Assembly (NCBI GenBank): GCA_045863335.1
Contig: BTVY01000012.1
Coordinates: 73,008-137,007, forward strand
From: Candidatus Hydrogenedentota bacterium
Lineage (GTDB): Bacteria > Hydrogenedentota > Hydrogenedentia > Hydrogenedentales > SLHB01
Reading direction: 5' to 3'
Length of the DNA stretch: 64,000 bases
Every line of letters starts with the position of its first letter. Positions within the stretch are counted from its first letter, which is position 1. This document shows, one piece after another, positions 50,282 to 61,966 of this stretch. The position numbers and the translations under genes were made by a program. Under the pieces are notes generated by a model. That model was not told where the DNA came from. It saw only the letters and a list, made by a program, of their open reading frames with translations, and did no database searches.

Positions 50282-51622
50282 ATGTCTTACGGACGTCTGC
50301 TCATCGTGAATGGTGTCGTTCTCCTTGCCGCGTTTGCAGGCGCGCGCGGATTCGCGCAACCCCCGGCGGTACGCGTCGTCGTCGAAGAGGACGTCTATTC
50401 CTTCACCCCGCCCGATAACGGGTCCAGCCCCATGTGGAGTTTCGGATGCACCACCATCGCCCGGCTCGGCGACCGGGTCGTCGTCAGCGAGATGGAGACC
50501 GGCGAAGGCGTCCCGCGCCTGTGCAACACCAAGTGGAAACTGGCGGAACGTTCGGAGGAAGGCTGGGAAGTCTTCGCGGAAGCCGACGGGTACCGCCAGC
50601 GGGAACCTTGCGTGTTGGCGACCTTGTCCGACACCGAGATTTTCTTGAATGTGAATGATTCCATCATGCCGCCGGGCACGGAGTACGGCCCCTGCGAGCC
50701 GCACTTGCTTGCTTTCGACATCAATAACGTCGCGGAACCGCGCAAGCTGATGCCGGAATGGGCGGGTGAAACCTATTTCACGGACCACTCCTATCGCGGG
50801 TTCGCGGCCGACCGGGCAAACCGGGAATTGCTCATGCTCAACATCAACGCCAAAACCAGCACGGAACATTGGGCATTGCTGACGGCCGCAGGCGAAACCC
50901 TGGCAAACGGCGGCATCGATTTTCCCATTCGCGCCTGTTATCCCCAGGTCGCGCTGAAAGACCGCGCGGGATACGTACTCGCCATCGGCGATATCGTGGA
51001 GCCCAATGAAGAATGGCGCAACTACAAGTTCGAGCAGACGCAGCAGAAGTGGGACTACGTGTTCCGTATTCTCTACTTCACTTCGACGCCGGACCTCACG
51101 AAACAGGATTTCGGTGAGCCCATCGAGATTGCGAACGTCGACAAGACCGGCGGCCACATCTCCAACCAGGATCTGTGGATTAGTCCCGACGGTGAAGCGT
51201 ACATCATGTACACCGAGCGCGAAGTCGCGTCCGCACTCATCCGCGATAAGTTCGTGCCGGACGGATCGCTCGTCAGTTCGCTGCACCTGGCCATCGTGAA
51301 AGACGGAGAAGTCGTGCAGCGCAAGGTGCTCGTCGAGGGCACGGAGTCGGTCCAACCCGGCCACGCGCGCTTCCAAGTCACGCCCGACGGAAAGGTTTAC
51401 GCCTTGCTCCATATCAACGGCGCCGAACACCCGAACCAGCTCATGCAAATCTATCCCCTGCTCGACGATCCGCCCACCGCGCCCGTGCCGTTCAAGACCC
51501 CCTTCGGTTCCTACCTGCTCGCCACCGTACGCGCCGGAAACGAGCCATCGAATATCATCGATGTCTTCGGCCACCAGTCATCCGGCACGACGTTGTCGTA
51601 CGCGCAGGTGGTGATTGAGTAA
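50282..51622 (+). CDS. secreted hypothetical protein (BNR/sialidase-like beta-propeller?)
   Basis: Signal peptide, beta-rich sequence, NGSSPMW and CYPQV segments; host-like codon usage. Confidence 0.6.
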   Translation: MSYGRLLIVNGVVLLAAFAGARGFAQPPAVRVVVEEDVYSFTPPDNGSSPMWSFGCTTIARLGDRVVVSEMETGEGVPRLCNTKWKLAERSEEGWEVFAEADGYRQREPCVLATLSDTEIFLNVNDSIMPPGTEYGPCEPHLLAFDINNVAEPRKLMPEWAGETYFTDHSYRGFAADRANRELLMLNINAKTSTEHWALLTAAGETLANGGIDFPIRACYPQVALKDRAGYVLAIGDIVEPNEEWRNYKFEQTQQKWDYVFRILYFTSTPDLTKQDFGEPIEIANVDKTGGHISNQDLWISPDGEAYIMYTEREVASALIRDKFVPDGSLVSSLHLAIVKDGEVVQRKVLVEGTESVQPGHARFQVTPDGKVYALLHINGAEHPNQLMQIYPLLDDPPTAPVPFKTPFGSYLLATVRAGNEPSNIIDVFGHQSSGTTLSYAQVVIE

Positions 51623-51643
51623 ACATCTACGAATTGATCGCCC

Positions 51644-51854
51644 TATGGAGTGCGGCCGCTTGCGGCTGCTTTGTATTCGGGGCGTGCGGAGCCCTTAGAT
51701 TGTCCCGAAGCGAGACTTTTTCTAGATCGTCGTTCAAACAGACTGGCTCGTCTGAACCCGATCGATGTCGCGCTTCATCAAACCCAGACTTCTACGTTCT
51801 TAGGTCTCCATGTTCTGTTTGGTACAAAGCAGCCGCAAGCGGCCGCACTCCATA
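51644..51854. repeat. REPIN-like element with perfect 32-bp inverted arms
   Basis: TATGGAGTGCGGCCGCTTGCGGCTGCTTTGTA (51644-51675) is the exact reverse complement of 51823-51854; lies between convergent genes. Confidence 0.9.
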
Positions 51855-51902
51855 CGGCGCCGCGTTTGCGACAGCCAATCGACGCCCCCTTTTCGAATCC
51901 CC

Positions 51903-52973
51903 CTACACGTCCTCCCCGCAGGCTCTTAGCACGGTCCGTTGCACCTGGTAGTCGTGTTCCTTGGAGTAGGCGAACTCGGCGCTGCCTTTGACGCAGGCAG
52001 CGAGATCGGCGAGGTCGCGGGCGTGGCGGGGCAGGTCGGGCAGCTCGATGTCGTTCCACCCCTTCTCGTAGCCGCCGGCCGCCTCGCTGAGGTACATGCG
52101 GATTTTCGGCGGCTCGATGGGTTCGAGGATGATCTTGCCTTTGGGACCGACGATCTTGAAGCGGCGCGTCGGAAAGGCTGCGGGTTCCAGCGCGGCCACT
52201 TCCACCGCGGCCATGGCGTTCTCGTACTCGAGAACCGCGAGGCAGTTGTCGGCGAGCCCTTCTTCGGTCGGCGCGTCGTGCCGCAGGAAGGGCGTGACCT
52301 TCTGCGGCGGGCCCATGATGACGCAGATCATGTCGATGAGATGGCAACCCAGTTCCAGCATGATGCCGCCGGGGTGAATTGCCATCTGCGCCCGGCGTTC
52401 CGGCGGCAATCCCGTGCACATGCTGGCCTGGATGCTGTAAATGTCGCCAAGCCACCCTTCGTTCACCGCTTGCCGAATGAGATCAAAGCCTGGGTTGTAG
52501 CGGTACATGTAGCCCATTTGGACGATGAGGTTTTTCGCTTCCGCCGCGTCGAGCAGGGCTTTCCACTCTGTGAGCGAGGTCCCGGGCGGCTTGTCGATGT
52601 GGAGGTGTTTGCCCGCGTCGATGGCCACGCGTCCGTACTGCAGCAGGCGCGTCACGCCCGTCTCCACGACGATGACCTGGATCGTCCGATCGTTCAGCAA
52701 CACGTCTTCCGTCACCCAAGGCAATCCTTGCAGGATCGGCGCATCTTTCTTCGCCTCGCGGATGGCATCGTCTGGTTCGCAGATTCCGACCAATTCGAAG
52801 TCGTCGGATTTGAGAATCTCTTCCAACACGTCCAGGGCATGGGCATGATCGATCCCGATCATGCCGCATCGAACGGTGACTCGTGCGCTGGGAGCGGCAG
52901 CGGCCGAACCGGCAAGGCCCACCGCCGCGGATGCAGCCAGGCTCGATTGGAGAAACGTACGTCGGTCAATCAT
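51903..52973 (-). CDS. Tat-exported Gfo/Idh/MocA oxidoreductase
   Basis: MIDRRTFL Tat motif; GKHLHIDKP, QMGYMYRY and ELGCHLID motifs. Confidence 0.9.
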   Translation of the reverse strand: MIDRRTFLQSSLAASAAVGLAGSAAAAPSARVTVRCGMIGIDHAHALDVLEEILKSDDFELVGICEPDDAIREAKKDAPILQGLPWVTEDVLLNDRTIQVIVVETGVTRLLQYGRVAIDAGKHLHIDKPPGTSLTEWKALLDAAEAKNLIVQMGYMYRYNPGFDLIRQAVNEGWLGDIYSIQASMCTGLPPERRAQMAIHPGGIMLELGCHLIDMICVIMGPPQKVTPFLRHDAPTEEGLADNCLAVLEYENAMAAVEVAALEPAAFPTRRFKIVGPKGKIILEPIEPPKIRMYLSEAAGGYEKGWNDIELPDLPRHARDLADLAACVKGSAEFAYSKEHDYQVQRTVLRACGEDV

Positions 52974-52989
52974 GTTCGCTTTCCCTCCT

Positions 52990-54321
52990 TTACACCACAT
53001 CCGGCACGGCCCAGGATTCCCGGTATTCGCGTTTCACCAACGCATTGGCCTCGGCATCGTCCGCGAAAGCCTCCGTGTCGGGATCGATGGTCAGCGTCCG
53101 CCCCACACGATACGCCACGTTGCCGTAGTGCGTGAGCAAGGTTGAGTAGTGTCCTTCCTCGATGTCCGCGTTCGGCCGTTCGCGCGAGCGCATGCAGTCA
53201 ACGAAATTAGCGATGTGATGCTCGTTGGCGGGCGCAAAGCGTCCCGGCTGGATCTTGACGGACTGGCCGTCCGCATCGAAGACTTGCCAGCCGCCGCCCA
53301 TGCGCCCGAGGAACATGAAATCTTTGGTGCCGTAGATGTCCACGCGTGTCCCGCTGAAGGGCCAATTCGGCAACTGATCCGTCTCCCGCAGTTCGAACGG
53401 AGTCTTCTTCATATAGGGCGCCCACAACGTCTGTTCCAGGACCATTGTCAGCCCGTCGAACGTCCAGTTGATGGATTGCGTGTCCGGCGTTTCGCGCCCG
53501 TCGTCGAGCACATACAGGCCACCGGTGGAACTGACCGACTTCGGCAAGGTGCGCCCCGTCATCCACCGCGCGATGTCGGTCTGGTGGACGCCGTCGTTGC
53601 ACACGTCGCCGCCGCCGTAGCGCCAAAACCAGTGCCAGTGGTAATGGAAGTGGTTCTCATTGAAGGGCCGCTCCGGCGCGGGACCCAGCCACATATCGTA
53701 GTCTACGCCTTCCGGCACGGGCGCGTCAGCATGTTGTTCCAGCGGATCGCGCAGCTTGCTGTTCATGATGCGGACGAAGTGGATGTCACCCAGCGCGCCG
53801 GACTGAACGTACTCCAGCGCCATGCGGATATATTCGGCACTGCGGTTTTGCGTGCCGACCTGGACGACACGCTCATACTTCCGCGCCGCTTCCACCATCT
53901 TCCGGCTTTCCCAGATGCTTTGCGACGTGGGCTTTTCGACGTAGACGTCTTTGCCTGCTTGACAGGCCATAACCGTCGCGGGGGCGTGCCAGTGGTCCGG
54001 CGTCGCGATGGCAATCGCATCCACCTCGGGGTCGTCAAGGATGCGGCGAAAATCCTGCACGCACTGCGGACGCTGGCCATTGATTTCCTCGATAAACTCC
54101 ACGCGGCTCGGGAACAAACGGCTGTCGGGATCCGCGAAGTAGCGGATCTCCACATCGTCTCGACGGGCAAACTGTTCGGCCAGATCCATGCCGCGGTCAT
54201 GAATCCCCATGACTCCGACCACAATGCGGTCGTTGGCGCCTGCCGCGTTAACGGATATGCCCGCCGCTACCGCCGCCGAGGCGGCCGCCGTCTTCCCCAG
54301 AAATGCTCGCCGGCTCAACAT
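52990..54321 (-). CDS. Tat-exported Gfo/Idh/MocA oxidoreductase
   Basis: MLSRRAFL Tat motif; ATPDHWH, GKDVYVEKP, QVGTQNRS and WLGPAP motifs. Confidence 0.92.
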   Translation of the reverse strand: MLSRRAFLGKTAAASAAVAAGISVNAAGANDRIVVGVMGIHDRGMDLAEQFARRDDVEIRYFADPDSRLFPSRVEFIEEINGQRPQCVQDFRRILDDPEVDAIAIATPDHWHAPATVMACQAGKDVYVEKPTSQSIWESRKMVEAARKYERVVQVGTQNRSAEYIRMALEYVQSGALGDIHFVRIMNSKLRDPLEQHADAPVPEGVDYDMWLGPAPERPFNENHFHYHWHWFWRYGGGDVCNDGVHQTDIARWMTGRTLPKSVSSTGGLYVLDDGRETPDTQSINWTFDGLTMVLEQTLWAPYMKKTPFELRETDQLPNWPFSGTRVDIYGTKDFMFLGRMGGGWQVFDADGQSVKIQPGRFAPANEHHIANFVDCMRSRERPNADIEEGHYSTLLTHYGNVAYRVGRTLTIDPDTEAFADDAEANALVKREYRESWAVPDVV

Positions 54322-54364
54322 CTGATCTCCTCCCGTTTGAATTCCTTTTGCCTAACAGATTGGC

Positions 54365-55192
54365 TCATCGATCCTTTTCCCAGCCAACTTCGCCTTTTTC
54401 GCGCTCCCACCATTGCCAATCCTTCGAAGTGAGGGGCTCACCTTCTGATATACGTTTCCCATTTTCATGCACGGAGACCACCAGCTTGTCCGTGGCTCCG
54501 TGCGCTTTCGCACCGCATACATATATATATGACAGCTCCAGCGGCGACGCGTTCATTATGGCGCACAGCGCGAATCGAGCCTGAACGTTGTCAAGAGACA
54601 CTGATACAACGCTCTCTTGTGTCAGCGCATCCGGCGGATTAAAGCCTTGATCGATGCAAGCCAACGTAACAAGTAAACTGTATTCAGTCGCATCAGCTCT
54701 GTTGACTTCGATGCCAAGTGCTTTAAGAGCCTCCCAAGTTGAAACTTCCTTTACGTGGAGTGAAACCTGCACATCGAGGTTAGTCAATATCTCCTCTTTG
54801 TTCACCTTTCTCGGGACAATACAGGTATTGCCCAGTATATTCTGGACCTCAAGCAACCCTCTGCTAAGTTCTATGAGTTCATCCAGGCAATGCGCGAGCG
54901 ATTCGTTCTTCTGAACGGCGTGCTTGACCGCGAACGGCAATTCCTCAACGGTGCTGGGTGTCGAGCGGCCGTACGTCGGATGTATCTCGAGGTTTACCGG
55001 GGCATCGAAGGCTCGAAGGGCGTTGTCGACAACGGCGGAGAGACTTGTCTCAAGTTCGGGATCACCGCTCGGCTCGAGCGCGCGGACCTCTTCCAATGCC
55101 GTTGTTGGTGGCACGGCGCTTGCCGCCATACACACGGCCAGAATCCCCAATACGCGAAACGCACAATGGTGACTCACGTTGTGGGTTTTCAT
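54365..55192 (-). CDS. secreted hypothetical protein with STN-like repeats (atypical codon usage)
   Basis: Signal peptide, two similar segments (LDVQVSLHVKEVSTWEAL and VSVSLDNVQARFAL), AT-rich codons. Confidence 0.6.
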   Translation of the reverse strand: MKTHNVSHHCAFRVLGILAVCMAASAVPPTTALEEVRALEPSGDPELETSLSAVVDNALRAFDAPVNLEIHPTYGRSTPSTVEELPFAVKHAVQKNESLAHCLDELIELSRGLLEVQNILGNTCIVPRKVNKEEILTNLDVQVSLHVKEVSTWEALKALGIEVNRADATEYSLLVTLACIDQGFNPPDALTQESVVSVSLDNVQARFALCAIMNASPLELSYIYVCGAKAHGATDKLVVSVHENGKRISEGEPLTSKDWQWWEREKGEVGWEKDR

Positions 55193-55381
55193 TCCTTAGC
55201 TCCTTCCCAATTCAGGTGTTACGGTTCAGCTTCTGAAGAATATGCTGAATTACGATCGTTTCCCCCGAGGAATCTTCATCGCCCTATAGGGTATTATACG
55301 AGCAATTCCTGCACAGATGATCAATTCATTCTCGCATCACATCGGCCAAAAGCCGATTCTTAAACCTGTTGGAAAGATATC

Positions 55382-56575
55382 ATGCACAATACTTTTCTTC
55401 GCGCTTTTGGTCTCATTCCCGCACTCCTCGCGCTTCATCTCACGGCCTTTGCCGATACGGTCTATCTCAATAACGGCGACCGCATTTCGGGGGCTGTTTC
55501 CGGTATTACGGCGTCCGCCATTAGAATCACGACAGACTATGCGGGCGACCTGGAGGTTCAGCGCGCGGCGGTTTTCGCCCTGGACACAGACGGCAGTTTC
55601 GCCGTGCAACTGGAGGACGGAACGACGGTTGAAGGCCCTCTTACGCTGCAAGGCGGCACGCCCGGGGTCGAAACTGACGCCGGCTTCCAGCCCGCATCCA
55701 TAAGCGGACTCGTCGTCACGGTCGAGCCGGAGACTGCTGAAGAAGAAAAGCCGTCCATCTGGTCCGGATTTGTGGAGTCGGGTTTGACGGTGCGCTCCGG
55801 AAACACGGACACCATCGATTTCTCGCTCAAGTCCAGCGCGGAACGGGCGGGCGAGTGGACCAAGCTCACGCTGACCCTTGGAGCCGATTACGGCGAGGCC
55901 GAATCGATTATCAATACGCGCCGCTACAAGGGCGAGGCGAAGTGGGAAGGCTATCTTACGGAGCGGTTCTATTTGCTCGGATTGACTTCGGCGGAACAAG
56001 ACGACGGCCGCAAGCTGGACCTGCGGGCGACCGTGGGCGCCGGTGCGGGATACATCTTCATTGAAAACGAGACGCGGCTTCTCAGCCTGGAGGCCGGTGT
56101 CGAGCACACGTGGGAACGTTGGAATCCCTTCACGCCACAGGAGCGCACCGACACGCGCAATCGCATCCGGAACAACGCATACGAGCGGCTCGCCGCGTTC
56201 GCCGGCGAGATCGACGGCGAGGGCGGCCTGGACCCGAGCCGCTGGAACGAGTTGCGCCTGATCTTTCTCGACATTCGCGAGCCGTTGCGCAACTACGAAA
56301 CGCGGGAAAACGATTTCTTCGGCGTGCGTATTACCGGCGAATTCACGCAGCGATTGTTCAAGGACAGTACGCTTTCGGAAAAAGTAGTCGTCTTGCCTAA
56401 CCTGGAAGATTTCGGCGAGTACCGTCTCATCAACGAACTTGCCTTCACGACGCCGCTCACCAAAGCACTGAGCCTGCGCGCCAGCTTGGAAAGTGAGTAC
56501 GACAGCCTCGCCGAAGACAGCGACGTGGAAGCCTGGAATCACATGCTGAAGACGGGACTAAGGTATGAGTTTTAG
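55382..56575 (+). CDS. DUF481 family outer-membrane beta-barrel protein
   Basis: AFA|DTVYLNNGDRISG N-terminal domain, SGNTD, GAGAGY and terminal GLRYEF beta-signal. Confidence 0.85.
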   Translation: MHNTFLRAFGLIPALLALHLTAFADTVYLNNGDRISGAVSGITASAIRITTDYAGDLEVQRAAVFALDTDGSFAVQLEDGTTVEGPLTLQGGTPGVETDAGFQPASISGLVVTVEPETAEEEKPSIWSGFVESGLTVRSGNTDTIDFSLKSSAERAGEWTKLTLTLGADYGEAESIINTRRYKGEAKWEGYLTERFYLLGLTSAEQDDGRKLDLRATVGAGAGYIFIENETRLLSLEAGVEHTWERWNPFTPQERTDTRNRIRNNAYERLAAFAGEIDGEGGLDPSRWNELRLIFLDIREPLRNYETRENDFFGVRITGEFTQRLFKDSTLSEKVVVLPNLEDFGEYRLINELAFTTPLTKALSLRASLESEYDSLAEDSDVEAWNHMLKTGLRYEF

Positions 56576-56658
56576 TGGGTGGTGATCAGAGCGGATCAAG
56601 GGACAACAAAGACAAACGGAAACCTGAGATTCTCGCCAATCAGACAAGATTCCCGGCA

Positions 56659-56694
56659 GGTCCTATTGGTCCCATACGTCCTATAGGCCCTATC
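56659..56694. repeat. 4 x 9-bp degenerate tandem repeat
   Basis: GGTCCTATT GGTCCCATA CGTCCTATA GGCCCTATC between convergent genes. Confidence 0.7.
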
Positions 56695-56699
56695 CAGCC

Positions 56700-58139
56700 T
56701 CACGCGATCAACTCGGGCACCAGATTCCCGAACACATCCGTCAGCCGGAAGTCGCGTCCTTTGAAGCGATACGTCAACTTCGTGTGTTCGAGCCCGAGCA
56801 GGTGCAGGATCGTCGCCTGGATGTCGTGGACGTGCACGGGGCGCTCCGCAACGTTGAAACCCAACTCGTCCGTGGCGCCAATCGTCTGCCCGGGGCGAAC
56901 GCCGCCGCCCGCCATCCACATGGTAAACGCCTGGGGATGATGATCCCGGCCCATGCTGCGCCCGAGGGCCGCGCTTGACTCGACCATGGGCGTGCGCCCG
57001 AACTCGCCGCCCCAGACCACGAGCGTTTCCTCGAGCATGCCGCGTTGTTTCAGATCTTTCAGCAGCGCCGCGCAGGCCTGATCGGTTTCTTTGCACTTGG
57101 CTTTCAAGCCGCCCTCAACGTCGCTGTGGTGATCCCAACTGCCGTGATAGCAGTTCACGAACCGGACGCCCCGTTCGATGAGCCTCCGCGCCAGCAGACA
57201 GTTGTTCGCGAAGGACGCTTTCCCCGGTTCCGCGCCGTACATGGCGAGGGTCTCGGGACTTTCCTGAGCGATGTCCATCAACTCCGGCGCGCTCGTCTGC
57301 ATGCGATACGCCATCTCATAGGAATTGATGCGCGTGGCGATCTCGGGATCGTTCTGAATGCCAAGCTGGTGCTGGTTGAGCTTTCCGATGAGATCGATGG
57401 TGTCGCGCTGAATCGCTTCCGTGATCCCCGGCGGATTGGACACGTTCAACACGGCGTCGCCTTCGCTGCGGAAGGGCACGCCCTGGTACACCGTCGGCAT
57501 GAATCCGCAACCCCAATTGTTCGCGCCGCCGCTGGACCCCTGCCCGCTGTTCAGCACAACGAAGCCGGGCAAATCTTCCGCGTCGCTCCCGAGTCCGTAG
57601 GTCACCCAGGACCCCATGCTGGGGCGTCCAAGCTGAGGCGATCCTGTGTTCATGAAGATCTGTGCGGGCGCATGGTTGAACTGGTTGGTGTGAACCGAGC
57701 GGATGATGGCGAGGTCGTCGACGATTTCCGCGAGGTGCGGCAGCATCTCCGAGATCTCCGCGCCGGACTGGCCGTGTTGCGCAAAGTTGAACCGGGACGC
57801 CATCAAGGCCGCGTCGCGTTGGATAAAGGCGTAGCGCTGGTCCTTCACGATCTCTTCCGGGATCGGCTTGCCGTCGTACTGCTTGAGCACGGGCTTGTTG
57901 TCGAAGAGATCCAACTGGCTCGGCGCACCGGCCATGAAGAGGTAGATGACATGTTTCGCCTTGCCGGCGAAATGCGAGGGGCGCGGCGCGAGGGGGTTCT
58001 CGAAGGTGGTCGCGGTCGCGCCCGCAGCCCGGCACAGCATGGATGCCAAGGCAATCTTGCCGACGCCGATGCCGCACTCCTGGAAGAAGTGCCGCCGCGT
58101 CATGCCGCGCAATCGCTCGTCTTTCGTTCTTGCGTCCAT
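56700..58139 (-). CDS. DUF1501 family protein (Tat-like signal)
   Basis: [54 protein letters not shown] and GRDHHP motifs. Confidence 0.93.
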   Translation of the reverse strand: MDARTKDERLRGMTRRHFFQECGIGVGKIALASMLCRAAGATATTFENPLAPRPSHFAGKAKHVIYLFMAGAPSQLDLFDNKPVLKQYDGKPIPEEIVKDQRYAFIQRDAALMASRFNFAQHGQSGAEISEMLPHLAEIVDDLAIIRSVHTNQFNHAPAQIFMNTGSPQLGRPSMGSWVTYGLGSDAEDLPGFVVLNSGQGSSGGANNWGCGFMPTVYQGVPFRSEGDAVLNVSNPPGITEAIQRDTIDLIGKLNQHQLGIQNDPEIATRINSYEMAYRMQTSAPELMDIAQESPETLAMYGAEPGKASFANNCLLARRLIERGVRFVNCYHGSWDHHSDVEGGLKAKCKETDQACAALLKDLKQRGMLEETLVVWGGEFGRTPMVESSAALGRSMGRDHHPQAFTMWMAGGGVRPGQTIGATDELGFNVAERPVHVHDIQATILHLLGLEHTKLTYRFKGRDFRLTDVFGNLVPELIA

Positions 58140-58147
58140 ACTTCGTT

Positions 58148-61100
58148 TCATCCTCGCGTGATGGCTTCGTCGGTATTCAGGATCGCGCGGCACACCAAGG
58201 TCCAGGCCGCGAGTTCAATCCGCGAATCGGTCTCTTGCTCCGCAGCGAATATCGCTTCGGGATTCGCTCCGCCAAGCTGAAGCCGGAAACGTTGCCGCGT
58301 GTAAAACGAATCGACCCACGCCAACTCTTGCTCATCGGGCGGCCGCGACACGACCAGCATAAACGCGTGCGCGATACGCGCGTTCGTATTCGGCGGCGCT
58401 TCGTCCAGCACGCGCTCCGCCAGGGCCTTCGCGGCGGCCATGAGTTCCGTGTCGTTCAACATGGTCAGAGCCTGCAAGGGCGTATTCGATTCTACCCGCC
58501 GCACACAGGCCGTGTCGCGCGCGGCGGCATCGAACACCATGGCCGTCGGATACGGTAACGTTCGTTTCCAGTAGGTATACAACCCGCGCCGGTACCGGTC
58601 CGCCCCTTCGGCCACGTTCCAGGGATCGCCGGGATAGACGAGCGACAGCGCGCCATCCGGCAGGGGCGGTTTCACACTGGGCCCGCCAATTGCCGGATTC
58701 AGCAGTTCGCTCGACGCCAACGCGATATCGCGCACGATCTCCGCGTCCACGCGGAATCGCGCGCCGCGAGCCAACCATTCGTTGTCGGGATCGGCGGCGA
58801 TCAATTTCGGCGTTGTGCGCGAGGTTTGGCGGTACGTGGCGGAGGTCACGATCATCCGGACCAAGTCCTTGGTATCCCATCCGCGCCGCATAAACTCCAC
58901 GGCCATCCAATCCAGCAACTCCGGATGGCTGGGGGTATCGCCGCGCAACCCGAAATCCTCCGGCGTATTCACAATGCCGCGGCCAAACAGCATCTGCCAC
59001 AATCGGTTCACCGCGACGCGCGCGGTCAGGGGATTCTCCTCGGACACCAGCCACCGCGCGAACGCCAACCGGTTCTTCGGCGCGCCCGGTTCGAGTTCGT
59101 GCAGCACGGCCGGCGCCGCGGGCGTTACTTCCTCGCGGGGCGACAGGAATTCACCGCGATGATGAATCCGGGTAACGCGCGGGTCTTCCCGCTCTTCCAG
59201 CACCATGGTCCGCGGGAAATTCGGCATGGATGCCCGCAGGGCGTCGATCTTCTCGTGCTCACCATGCAACTCCGGAGCGATGGACAGGTAGTACTTCGTC
59301 AACGCGACGCGTTGGGCGTCGTTGCGTTGCTCACCCGGCGTCATGAGAATCGCTTCGATGTTCGCGGGCACGCCCGACGCCTGCACGGGAAGCGGATCGT
59401 TCGTCACGGACACGCGGAACCGCCCCAGCGTGTGCTGGTGCACGTAGAACTGATCGAGCTTCAGCTTCAGCAGCGTTCCGTCGTCGTACCCCACCGGCGC
59501 GGCGAACTCGAAGACGGCGGCATGAGGCTTCCCTTCCCCATCCTTGATGGACCACCCCGTATCGAGCTTTCCATCCAGCGCCATCGCGGCCGTACGATTC
59601 GGGGCCGCGAAATCCTCGGTCGGATTCTGCAGCGCGATGGATTCCACGGCCTGCGGGTCCAGCCAAGGCGCCGCCTCCGCCGCGATCTCGCTGAGTAGGA
59701 AATCGCCGCCCGCAGACATGATGACGCCGCGTCCCGGTCCGCCGTTCGGCAAACTTGGATGCGGCAACACTTCAATGCGGATCGCCGTGATGTTATTCAG
59801 GTCGGTTCGGTACTGAACCTCGTAGGTATCCGTGTTTGGGATATCCCCCTTGAGCAGGAGCGAATCGTCGTCCAACCGCTCGAAGGTCGCATGATTCGCG
59901 GACACGTATTCGACCGGCTCCGCGACGGACCATTCCGCCGACTTCGCCGCTACCTCGTCTTCCCACGCCTGCATCTTCCGCGCGAGATGCTGCGCGCGCC
60001 GTTCATCGTCCGGCAGGTCGGACTCCGGCAGGTAGTCCCGCACCGCGCTGATGCGGAATCGGCCCAGCGTGTGCTTCGCGCCGTGGTTTTGGACCAGGCG
60101 CAGTTCCAGTTGCGACGGCTCAGTCGCGTGCAGTGGCTCGGCAAGCCAGAGCGTCAACGTAGCGCCTTCTCCCGCAGCGCCCAACGCCCAACCGGTCTTC
60201 TCATTTCCGTCCACCGCATGCTCGGCGGGATACTTGTCCTGGGAGCGCGTCGCTTCCGCGCGGGGAAGTTTGATCGGGATTGCTTCGCCGTCTTGGGGCT
60301 TCAGAAACGCTTGGACTTCGGAGAGAACGAGGTTTCCGTTGTCCGCGCGGCCGGGGCCTTTCTGCGGCAGGCTGTCCGCGGTCGCCAGTTCGATCTGAAG
60401 GGCGTCAACGGGGTCCGCGCCGAGATCGAAAGCGAGGGTGTACGTATCGCGCTCGGCTGGTTCGCCACCGGCGAGCACGAACCCGTCTTCATCCGCCTCC
60501 AGCGTGGCGCCGCTTTCCGCGTGCAACACCGCGGGCATGAGAACGCGTTCCTCGTGAACGCGATCGTCCACGGGAAATTGGTTCGGCAAGTCCGCTATCA
60601 GCGCCGCGATCTCCGCTTCGATGGCTTCCCGTTTTTTCGCGACCGCCGCATCGTGAAGCTCCATATCCACGTCGTCGGTATTGTTCAGGAAGGCGTAAAA
60701 CTGGAAGTACTCGCGCTGCGTGACGGGGTCGTACTTGTGCGTGTGGCACTGCGCGCAGGCCATCGTCAAGCCAAGGAATACCGTGCCGACGGTGTTCGTC
60801 CGGTCGACCATCGCTTCGTAACGGTATTCTTCGACGTCGATGCCGCCCTCTTCATTGATCATGGAGTTGCGCAGGAACCCTGTCGCGACACGCTGGTCCT
60901 CCGTCGCGTTGGGCAGCAGGTCGCCCGCGATTTGCTCCACGACGAACCGGTCGTACGGCATGTTCTCGTTAAACGCGTCAATGACCCAGTCGCGATAGGG
61001 CCAGATGGATCGGGGACGATCTTTCTCAAACCCGTTGGTGTCCGCATACCGCGCCGCATCGAGCCAGCGAATCGCCATCCGCTCGCCGAAGTGGGGCGAA

Positions 61101-61786
61101 GCCAGCAGGCGATCAACCAGCCGCTCGTACGCATCCGAACCCGTATCGTTCACGAAGGACTCGACCTCCTCCGGCGTGGGCGGCAGTCCGGTGAGGTCCA
61201 GCGAAAGACGGCGAATCAGCGTGTAGCGGTCCGCCTCCGGCGACGGCGCCAATCCCTGCGCCTGCATGGCGGCGAGCGTGAACGCATCGATGGGATTCTG
61301 AGCCCAATCGGTACCGCTGGTCTCGGGCAAGGCCGGTTGCGCGGGCTTCTGGAACGCCCAATGATCGGAGCCTTCGAGCGGTTCTTGCGCGGCTGATTCG
61401 GTATCCCCCCAGGACACGCCCTCCTCGATCCACGTGCGTAAGAGCGAAATGGTCTCTTCCGGCAACGGATCGCCTTTGGGTGGCATGCGCTCCGCTTCGT
61501 CGTCCGACGTAATCCGCCGAATCAGTTCGCTCGCGGCCGTATCGCCTGGTTGTACCGCCGGACCGGAATCACCCCCGAGTTGAGCGTCAGCGAGAGACTC
61601 GAGACTCAGACCGCCCTTCCGCTTGTCGCTCGAATGGCAGGCGTAACACCGCTCTTCCAAGATAGGCGCAATCTGCGATTCGAAGTCGACCTCGGCCGAC
61701 GCGGCAGTCACGATTCCCCCCGCAATCACCATCAACGCCATAAGGGCGCACAGGATACGCGCAATCTTCCCTGAAGTGTGCTTCAC
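58148..61786 (-). CDS. planctomycete cytochrome c + DUF1549 + DUF1553 (PSD1/PSCyt) protein with two inserted discoidin-like domains
   Basis: CYACH and CAQCH heme motifs, [33 protein letters not shown] and NTPLQAL. GTG start at 61786. Confidence 0.93.
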   Translation of the reverse strand: MKHTSGKIARILCALMALMVIAGGIVTAASAEVDFESQIAPILEERCYACHSSDKRKGGLSLESLADAQLGGDSGPAVQPGDTAASELIRRITSDDEAERMPPKGDPLPEETISLLRTWIEEGVSWGDTESAAQEPLEGSDHWAFQKPAQPALPETSGTDWAQNPIDAFTLAAMQAQGLAPSPEADRYTLIRRLSLDLTGLPPTPEEVESFVNDTGSDAYERLVDRLLASPHFGERMAIRWLDAARYADTNGFEKDRPRSIWPYRDWVIDAFNENMPYDRFVVEQIAGDLLPNATEDQRVATGFLRNSMINEEGGIDVEEYRYEAMVDRTNTVGTVFLGLTMACAQCHTHKYDPVTQREYFQFYAFLNNTDDVDMELHDAAVAKKREAIEAEIAALIADLPNQFPVDDRVHEERVLMPAVLHAESGATLEADEDGFVLAGGEPAERDTYTLAFDLGADPVDALQIELATADSLPQKGPGRADNGNLVLSEVQAFLKPQDGEAIPIKLPRAEATRSQDKYPAEHAVDGNEKTGWALGAAGEGATLTLWLAEPLHATEPSQLELRLVQNHGAKHTLGRFRISAVRDYLPESDLPDDERRAQHLARKMQAWEDEVAAKSAEWSVAEPVEYVSANHATFERLDDDSLLLKGDIPNTDTYEVQYRTDLNNITAIRIEVLPHPSLPNGGPGRGVIMSAGGDFLLSEIAAEAAPWLDPQAVESIALQNPTEDFAAPNRTAAMALDGKLDTGWSIKDGEGKPHAAVFEFAAPVGYDDGTLLKLKLDQFYVHQHTLGRFRVSVTNDPLPVQASGVPANIEAILMTPGEQRNDAQRVALTKYYLSIAPELHGEHEKIDALRASMPNFPRTMVLEEREDPRVTRIHHRGEFLSPREEVTPAAPAVLHELEPGAPKNRLAFARWLVSEENPLTARVAVNRLWQMLFGRGIVNTPEDFGLRGDTPSHPELLDWMAVEFMRRGWDTKDLVRMIVTSATYRQTSRTTPKLIAADPDNEWLARGARFRVDAEIVRDIALASSELLNPAIGGPSVKPPLPDGALSLVYPGDPWNVAEGADRYRRGLYTYWKRTLPYPTAMVFDAAARDTACVRRVESNTPLQALTMLNDTELMAAAKALAERVLDEAPPNTNARIAHAFMLVVSRPPDEQELAWVDSFYTRQRFRLQLGGANPEAIFAAEQETDSRIELAAWTLVCRAILNTDEAITRG

Positions 61787-61966
61787 TGTTAGACCACCTT
61801 GCAGTTGAGGACTGACCCGTCCACCATACCAAATTGCGGCCATTCCGCACACACCTTGGCGCACCCGCAATTTACTCAGTTTTCGAGGCTTGGGACTTTG
61901 CGCCCGGATCGTCTACAATTGCCCCAACGGCTGCTGTTCTTTACCCATACCCAGGATGTCCACGCG

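Noticed and set aside
50048-51574. 508-aa minus-strand ORF
   Set aside because: Shadow of 50282-51622, which has a signal peptide and proper codon bias.
59759-61396. 545-aa plus-strand ORF
   Set aside because: Shadow of the DUF1553/DUF1549 gene.
56700-61786. DUF1553/DUF1549 plus DUF1501 pair as a new system
   Set aside because: Function unknown, but already a widely reported multicopy pair in PVC-type genomes.
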